DNA of 39,501 nucleotides from Dirinaria sp. TL-2023a (Eukaryota): NCBI GenBank assembly GCA_051941275.1, contig JAVEBF010000049.1, positions 1 to 39,501 of the forward strand, read 5' to 3'. Shown piece by piece: positions 32,068 to 39,501 of this stretch (position 1 is its first letter; each line of letters starts with the position of its first letter). The notes under the pieces were generated by a model. It saw only the letters and a program-made list of their open reading frames with translations, ran no database searches and was not told where the DNA came from. The position numbers and the translations under genes were made by a program.

Positions 32068-35000
32068 CTACTCATGGAGGAAGGTGCACTCGCTTCCTTT
32101 TCTGCATTTTCCCTCTTGCCAGAATCTGCACGGCAGTGTAGGGACACCGAAGTACTAAGATTCATACCTGTCAGCTTATGACTTCTCGTAAAGAGGGCTT
32201 GCACTCGCTGTACCTTCTTCTCTGGCCCTTTTTGCCGTTTCCCTTGGCCGAATCCAAAGTTCCCGTTGCTCTGATCGTCATGTTCTGCTTGTCGTTTCCG
32301 GTCATTGCCCCCTTGATAAGCATTGGAGTAGCCGTAATTGTGCATCGGCGCCTGCGGCTGTTGATTAAACTGTGCCAAAATTGTCTGCAAATTGGGTTGT
32401 TGATTCTGGGGCGTCGAAGCATACGCTGGTTGGACCTGGTTGGGCATATGCATAGCGGCCAGTGCCGCTTGAAGGTTATACGCAGGCGGCTGTTGTGTCA
32501 CTGGCTGCATTGGTGCTTGCGGCGTCTGCTGCTGCTGTTGCGAAAATTGGGCGAAGATGGCTTCCAATCCACTTGCAGGGGCTTGCGTAGCCGGCTGAGG
32601 TGGGTGGGGTTGCTGGGCTTGGGGTCGGCTGTTGATGAGCTTCAGCAAAGCAGAGACGTCCGACGTCTGCATTTGCCCTTGCATAGGCGCAGTCGCCTGC
32701 TGCTGCTGCTGCTGCTGCTGAGCGTTTCGCGCAGCATAGTACTCAGCTTCAAGATCCTAAAGCATCGATCCGCATCGATTAGCATAAGCTGGCCATGTTT
32801 TCCCTACATGGTTTCTGTTACCTTTATATTTTGGGACGGTGCTCCCAGCGTTTCCTCCCCCGGAAGCTCGCCAGTAACAAACTCTTGAGGTTCTCTAGGA
32901 GATGAAGGGATGTCTGAAAGCGAAGGGTACACGGCCAGGAGTTTCGTCATCTCTCGTTGCTCCTGAATTCCTTTTTCGGGGCTGTCGACTTCGACCTTAC
33001 CACCACGAGTGATACAGTTACGTTCGAGCTCACCGTCTTCGATGACGCTGAAGTCAACACCTAGAGTACATTAACGTTTGTCCCAGCGGTGTCTTCCATA
33101 AGCGTACCTGTTGGAATAAACCACGTAATTGGGAGCTCTTCAGCTGGCTCATAGTCGTCGTCATCTTCGTCCATAAGGTCCAGATCTTTGTGCATCTTGA
33201 GCATCTGCCCTTCGCCTTTCCTATCTTTGACGTCACGGACCATGCTATCGTCATGACCCAATTCCTCCTCTGGGTCGTGTTCGAGCAACCGGATTTCTGT
33301 CAATTCATTATCAGGTTTGAAGGATACGCGCAATTTGCGACGTTGCTCTTTTCGCAGACGTTTTCGCTTCTCCTCTGGGGTCTCTGCTGGCCGACTCTCT
33401 TCGATCTTTATTGGGGCCTCGTCTCTGGACTTGTTAAGGTTCGCCATAGTTTCGGCGAAAGAAAAGGCCGGCTTCGAGGTCGCCGTGCTAACAACACCTT
33501 TCCCGTCCGCTACCCTGGTGGCATCTAACTTGTCCTTGCCCTTAACCATGGACGGGCCAGACTTTGATGCACTTGACTTCTTGGACGCGGATTGCAAGCT
33601 TGAGAAGAAGGCGGATGGCTTGGCACTGATGTGATTGGTTTTGACCTTCTCTGTAGCGGCAGGAGTAGTTGATGGTTTTCCTGCAGCTTTGGGGTCTAAC
33701 TTAGCGGCCTGCTGTCGTCTCTTGTCGAGTAAAGACATCTGTTTCGGTGCATTGCTGACGCTGTTGGCCGATCCAGCTTGCTTCTTGGTCTGCGGCGCAG
33801 CAGAAGGGTCACTCAACCTTGGTCTTTTGGTACCGGTTCCTGGTTCTGACGATCGAGGACCTTCTACTGGAGACTTGTTTGTTGTAGAAATCTTTGTAGC
33901 TTGAGGCTGTATAGCCTTCCCATCAGGCACAGCTTTGTCTAAGGTCAACCCAGATTTTTCCAGGACCTTATGAGCAAGATCCTGAACTACGGCGTCTCCC
34001 CGTTTCATCAGCTTTGGAAGTAATTTGTCTAGCTTCGTTTTTTCGAGTGTCTCTTGGTCGATCTTGAGCCATCGGTTCATGAGCTGCGTAAATTAAGCAT
34101 TAGCTCTATGCGAATGTTATCTGGCCACCACGTACCTCAAGTATACTTGTAACGAAAGATCCGGTGTACTCATTCTCTTTCGTGCGGTCGATAAGAAATT
34201 GAGAGAGCACAACAAACATGATAGGGTTTTCTCCGAGCCTAATAGAAAGGTTATTAGCTTGTATATGCTGCGATCACGCCTCTCCGGGATATAGCCCGCC
34301 ATTCTCTAATATCATTGCATATAGAGTCAAAGCATGCCCCTCTACAATCGCCACTTCCTCTGTAAACACGGCCTCTATATGCTATTATAAAACAGATGAT
34401 TGTAATCCTTCTTCATGGTATGGCCCAAGACCAGACATTCTACTTTTATAATGTAACAAATCCGCCGCAGGTCTTTTATTGTCAACTTTACGAGACCTCT
34501 CCTTCTGAGCATGGCGCTTAAAGGCCACGACAGCAATCTAGGCTCGATGCTGCTTTACTCCCAATGGGAAAGAGGGACAAGACGTTCGCCTCTCCAGTAT
34601 GACAGCCAAGAATTGGAAGCAATCCACAGGCATGGTTTCTCGGAGCGAGGGGAAAAAGAAAAGTACATACCTCTCGATAATATCTTTATGCCCATGCTTT
34701 AGTGTCAGCCGGATACAAGATTCCAGAAGACGACGTTTTCCATCTACACGGTTCCGATACTCTGTTGTTTTGGTTGTTTCCTTTTTATCGATCGCTTGCT
34801 GCAAGCTCTGGCCTTCAGATTTCCACCGGTCCCGAATGCCTTTTATTATTTCCCAATATTCCCCGAGTGCGGATATTATCACCGCGCTAGATAGCACTAC
34901 GTTACGCTTCGCCCAGACTGCCTTTATAATATCATACTCAGTGGCTTTGTCGGGATCACTGGGTCGAGTAGGTGGGAGCGGAGAAGGCTCCTCCATCGTG

Positions 35001-36211
35001 ATCTCGTCTTCCGATGTCGAACCCGAGTCATAGTCAGAGTCATCTTCCGAGCCAGACTCACTTGATGATTCGGCAGATGAAGCCGATTCATTAGTAGGGG
35101 TTTCTCGGAGGCTGGTAGAACTACGAGGCCCATTTGAACCCGTCCCGGCGACCTTGAGCTTCTTCCTGACGGGCTCGCGCGCTAGATTCCAGGGACCAGT
35201 GCCTTTCTCTGTTTGGTTCTTTAGCTTTGTGACGAAACAAGCATCCGTGGCTTTTTTACCTTGTAATAGTAGTTTCCTTACTTCTGACTTCGACCTACGC
35301 TTGGAGTGTTTTGGTATTGTGGCTGCATGATCATTAACAACTTTCATGGACTTGCTTAATTTGATGTTTGAGGGCTCTACCTTTGGTAGTTGCTAAGTCT
35401 ACAGTATTGTTGCTCAAAAAAGACGACCCTTTAAGTTTCTTGGCATTTGCAGATGTAGACAAAGTTGCAGCATCCCGCACAAGTACTGCGCGTCGAGAAA
35501 TACCACCTGGTAAGTTTGCTACGATTGACCTCCAGCCTTGACTGTCAAGGGGGGCAAGAGCTACGTTTCCACTTGCGGCTATTCCGCGTTGCGCTGATGT
35601 AAGATTCGATTGGACGGGATACTGCTGCATCCTTGTTAGCTAACTCATCCAGATCCTATACTGAGATTTGAAAGTTTAGGACTGACTTGTTGGGGTTTCT
35701 GAGGCGCTGGCTGTGAGTAAGGGGTGGGATAATGCTGGAGAGCTTGAGGCGATATCGTCTGGCTTTGACTGGAGACGTTTTGATAATTCTGTGAAGGCGA
35801 GAACGTATACTGTGGCTGGTTTCCGAGGGGAAGCTGGTATCCAACCTTTGGATCATACGCCGGCGTCGAGAGAGTTTGCTGAGCATGGGAGCCAAAGCCA
35901 GTATAATCGAATGATTGAGGAGTTCGCGAATAGATCTGGTCGTACTGTCTTCCCGAGATTCCGTAGTCTGGGATGGAAAAAGGGGGTTGCTGAAAATTGT
36001 TCGATTGCCAAGTCTGGTTGGGTTGGGAGAAGGTGTTGAGGGAATCATTGGTCTCGGCAAATGCCCCGGTATCCCAGGTCTGGGAAAAAGACGACTCATT
36101 GTCGCCGGAGAGGAATGTATTGAATTGATCGTTTTGAGAGTTGTTGTTGAAAGTATAGTTTGTTCTGAATGCATGGGGGTCATGGTTGGGGGTTTGATGT
36201 CTTTGATCCAT
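32068..36211 (-). CDS. PNUTS/Ppn1/Ref2-like PP1-targeting protein with C-terminal CCCH zinc finger, multi-exon
   Basis: Q/N/S-rich N-terminus, TFIIS-N-like TLEKTKLDKLLPKLMKRG, RVxF motif KLRVSFKPD (~33320), Q/P-rich region and last exon PCRFWQEGKCRKGSECTFLHE*. Confidence 0.75.
32699..32720 (-). repeat. (CAG)7 polyglutamine tract within the PNUTS-like CDS
   Basis: A ctgctgctg... run on the plus strand, within a Q-rich exon. Confidence 0.75.
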
Positions 36212-37268
36212 TATGAAGATGCACAAAGTCGCATAACCCCAATGAATGGTCCGTGCGCCAACGTAACGCTAATCCCAAACGCGTAAAGCGGCTCCCAGCA
36301 CAACAACAGTCACAAACCTCCCCCAAGGTTTAGGCCAGCTTGCGCTTTTGCAGGTGATAGCTCTCGAGGGTCTGATAGATGGTGGTCATGCAGATGTAGT
36401 TGGTCCCAACCGTACTGCTCCCAGATTATAGATTGTACTTGAACTTGGTGCCCTGAATGTCTGCATACGCAGAGCGGGTCACGCTCTTCACGAGTAACTG
36501 CATGTAATAGCGGCGTTTTCCATATCCGCCATTAACAGCAAGCACTTCGTAATTACCGATCAGACTTGTGTGGGCGGATCACTTCAGAGGTGACCTTAGC
36601 AGCCCTTTACGCCCCGCGCGTCTTTACCCCTACTATTGCCCTGTCTTGTCGCTCTAGATGCTTTAAATTTGCAGGTGCTTAGTACTTTATGATGGCTTGG
36701 ATGATTAACAAATTGTCTAGACACTGTACGGCATGAGTTGGTAGAGGTGTGATGGGGCAGATGATGAAGGTTGATGAAGTTGAGGTATGGAGGTTGCAAG
36801 AAAATTGCGCGACACTTTGAGTCTGCGCGGAAGCTAGCGAGGGAGGGCGCTTGCTGAAAGTGGTATTGAATGAGGTAATCACCGGGGTTTCTCCGATTCG
36901 TCCGAGATGTTTGGCCGAGGGCCCCTCGGGCTTGTACTTCACCTTGCACACATTTACTCTACTTGGTGAAAAAGTCCCAATATCCATGATGAAGGTGGAC
37001 AGTCTTTCCTTACCGCCGCATTGGAACCATACCTGAATCGGGATTGTGGCTAACGAAACGATATGACTAGTGTGGTGCTGGAAGTGACCTTCATTTTATA
37101 AAGTGGTGGATCTCAGTAGCTACTGTACATTAGGTTGGCACCCTTAGCAACAGTACCGTAAGGTAGCAGGCAGCAGAAAACTTTAGAACACAAGAGCGCC
37201 ACCCTTGAGCACCCGTAACATGGCATATCAGCGTACTGCATAACATCGAATCCAGAACAGTGTCAAAC

Positions 37269-39501
37269 ATGGTTTCTCACCACCAATCCCTCAGAGACCG
37301 GCAAGTAGGTAGGCTTTCTTTGTCCGGCAAACGCAGATAGTCCAATTGACAATTATCGACTAGCATCACTCAATAGGATTCTCAATCTCAATCGAGGGCC
37401 CTCCGAACCTACTTCAACCCACCATGACACTGCTTCTACCAATGGTCTCATACCAAAAACTACGCCCATACTGAACTCTGATGGGGAGCCGATTTGGAAG
37501 GTCCTTGTCTTCGATAACCTTGGGCGAGATGTCATATCGAGCGTGCTGCGGGTCAACGACCTGCGAGGACAGGGCGTCACAATACACCTGTGAGTGTGTT
37601 GAGAGAATGATTCGGCCATGGGCCATACAAGCTTTGGATCTCAGGGCTGATCAGCATCGTGCAGGAACATAAATTCTGCGCGGCACTCCATTCCCGACGT
37701 TCCGGTCTTGTATCTCGTCGAGCCTACTGCGGCAAATCTCAGGCTCATCGGTTCAGATCTATCTCGCGGTTTGTATGCTGACGCTTACATCAACTTCCTG
37801 TCATCAATACCGCGGCCTCTAATGGAGGATTTCGCCGCGCAAATAGCGGAATCTGGCGCTTCAGAGAGGGTCGCACAAGTCTACGACCAGTATCTAAATT
37901 TCATTGTAGCGGAGCCGGACTTGTTCAGTCTGGGCTTGGGGAAGGAGACGTACGGGACGCTTAATAGCGCCCAAACCAAGGACGAAGAGCTCGACAGCTT
38001 GATTGACAGAATCGTCAGTGGACTCTTCAGTGTCGCGGTGACAACGGGTGCAGTGCCTTGCCACATTCTGCACAATTTGTAGCTGACAGAAGACGCAGGT
38101 TCCATACCCATAATTCGATGTCCAAGAGGTGGTGCTGCAGAGCCCATTGCAGCAAAACTGGATCGAAAGTTAAGAGATCACATCCTGAATTCGAAAGACA
38201 ATCTTTTCTCTTCTCAGGGTTCTCGTCCGTCATCCTCAACTGGCACACCATCCTCAAGACCTATCCTTATCATCGTTGACCGCAATGTTGACCTCATCCC
38301 CATGCTCTCCCATTCTTGGACCTACCAATCTCTCGTGCACGACGTATTGAAGATGAATCTGAATCGCATTACTGTTGAAACGCTTGCGGACGAAGACAAC
38401 CCATCAAAAGGGAGTAAAAAACGGGCTTATGACCTCAACGCAAGCGACTTCTTTTGGGCTCGAAATGCTGCCGTACCGTTTCCCCAAGTCGCGGAGAACA
38501 TTGATATGGAGCTTACTAAATACAAAGAGGACGCTAACGAGATAACCAAAAAAACTGGTGCCTCATCGATAGAGGACTTGCAGAATGATACAAGCTCGTC
38601 CGCGCAACATCTCAAGGCTGTTATCACGCAGTTGCCAGAATTACGGGAACGGAAAGCCATCCTTGATATGCATATGAACATTGCCACAACGCTGCTGAAA
38701 GGCATTAAAGACCGCCAATTAGACAATTTCTATCAGATCGAAGAGAACATTACAAAGCAAACCAAGGCGCAAATGCTGGAATTGCTGAACGACGATGCTA
38801 AAGGCAAAGAGCCACTAGACAAACTCCGCCTCTTCATCATCTGGTTCTTGAGCACCGAGCAAGAAATCTCCAGATCCGAAATGGAGCGCTTCGAGGAAGC
38901 GCTGGTTAAAGCAGGCGCTGACACGACAGCTCTAGCATACGTAAAGAGGTACGAAGTTATGCGCATTCACCTTCGAATTTTATTGACATGATGGCAGCGT
39001 CCGGGAGATCACACGTATGACAATGATGACTTCAGCCCCTACTCAGGCCGCGCAACAATCGACGGGAAACGAGCTCTTCCGCGGCTTCAGCTCCATCAGC
39101 AACCGCCTGACCGACCGGTTCCGCGACGGCGCCCTGGGCGCGAATTTTGAGAACCTGATCTCGGGCGTCAAGAACCTGATCCCCGTCAACAAAGACATCA
39201 CCCTCACCAAAATCACCGAATCCCTCATGGACCCGACCTCGGCCTCGTCGTCCGCCATCGCCAAAACCGAAGACTACCTCTACTTCGACCCGCGGTCCGC
39301 CAACGCGCGAGGGACCATGCCCGCCCCCTCGCAAGCGCGCCATCACCAGCAAATTTCGAGCGGCATGCCCGGCGCGCTCGGAAGCCTGGGGCCCGGGACC
39401 AGCGCCACTTTCGGGCAGCGAAGGCAGGGCTTCAGCGAGGCGATCGTGTTTACAGTCGGCGGCGGCAGTATGGACGAGTACGGCAATCTGCAGGACTGGG
39501 C
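37269..39501 (+). CDS. SLY1: Sec1/Munc18 family protein Sly1, multi-exon, truncated by the window end
   Basis: SLRDRQV, PIWKVLVFDNLGRDVISSVLRVNDLR, QVYDQYLNFIVAEPDLFSL, PIIRCPRGGAAE, LSHSWTYQSLVHD, LPELRERKAILDMHMNIAT and IVFTVGGGSMDEYGNLQ. Confidence 0.96.

Noticed and set aside
25407..33904. Long antisense ORFs overlapping NOP56, RTF1 and the PNUTS-like gene
   Set aside because: Shadow frames of real genes caused by codon bias and low-complexity K/E or Q tracts.
36985..37036. Box C (ATGATGA) ... box D (CTGA) resembling a C/D snoRNA
   Set aside because: Only ~52 nt, with no recognisable C'/D' boxes. Complementarity to 18S rRNA is only ~7 nt by recall.

Overview
Eukaryotic DNA from a filamentous ascomycete (Pezizomycotina), with short GT-AG introns carrying CTRAC branch points. 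The window has two parts. (1) About 1-21 kb is an accessory or non-self-recognition island. It holds a mutated NB-ARC-TPR NLR pseudogene, a pogo-type transposase remnant, a mini MADS-box gene, two apparently related orphan genes, a ~285-bp MITE-like inverted repeat and a decayed PD-(D/E)xK-like gene. Among these sits an intact head-to-head pair: a HeLo-pseudokinase with MLKL-like motifs and a 16-TPR protein fused to an apparently active kinase. (2) About 22-39.5 kb is a compact block of housekeeping genes: CCT6, NOP56, RTF1, COQ7, a YOR238W/DUF218-like gene, a PNUTS/Ref2-like CCCH gene and SLY1 (truncated by the window end). The best candidate for an undescribed system is the HeLo-pseudokinase / TPR-kinase pair, which resembles a two-gene fungal necroptosis module (sensor kinase plus MLKL-like executioner). 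All family calls come from reading motifs by eye, and no searches were run.
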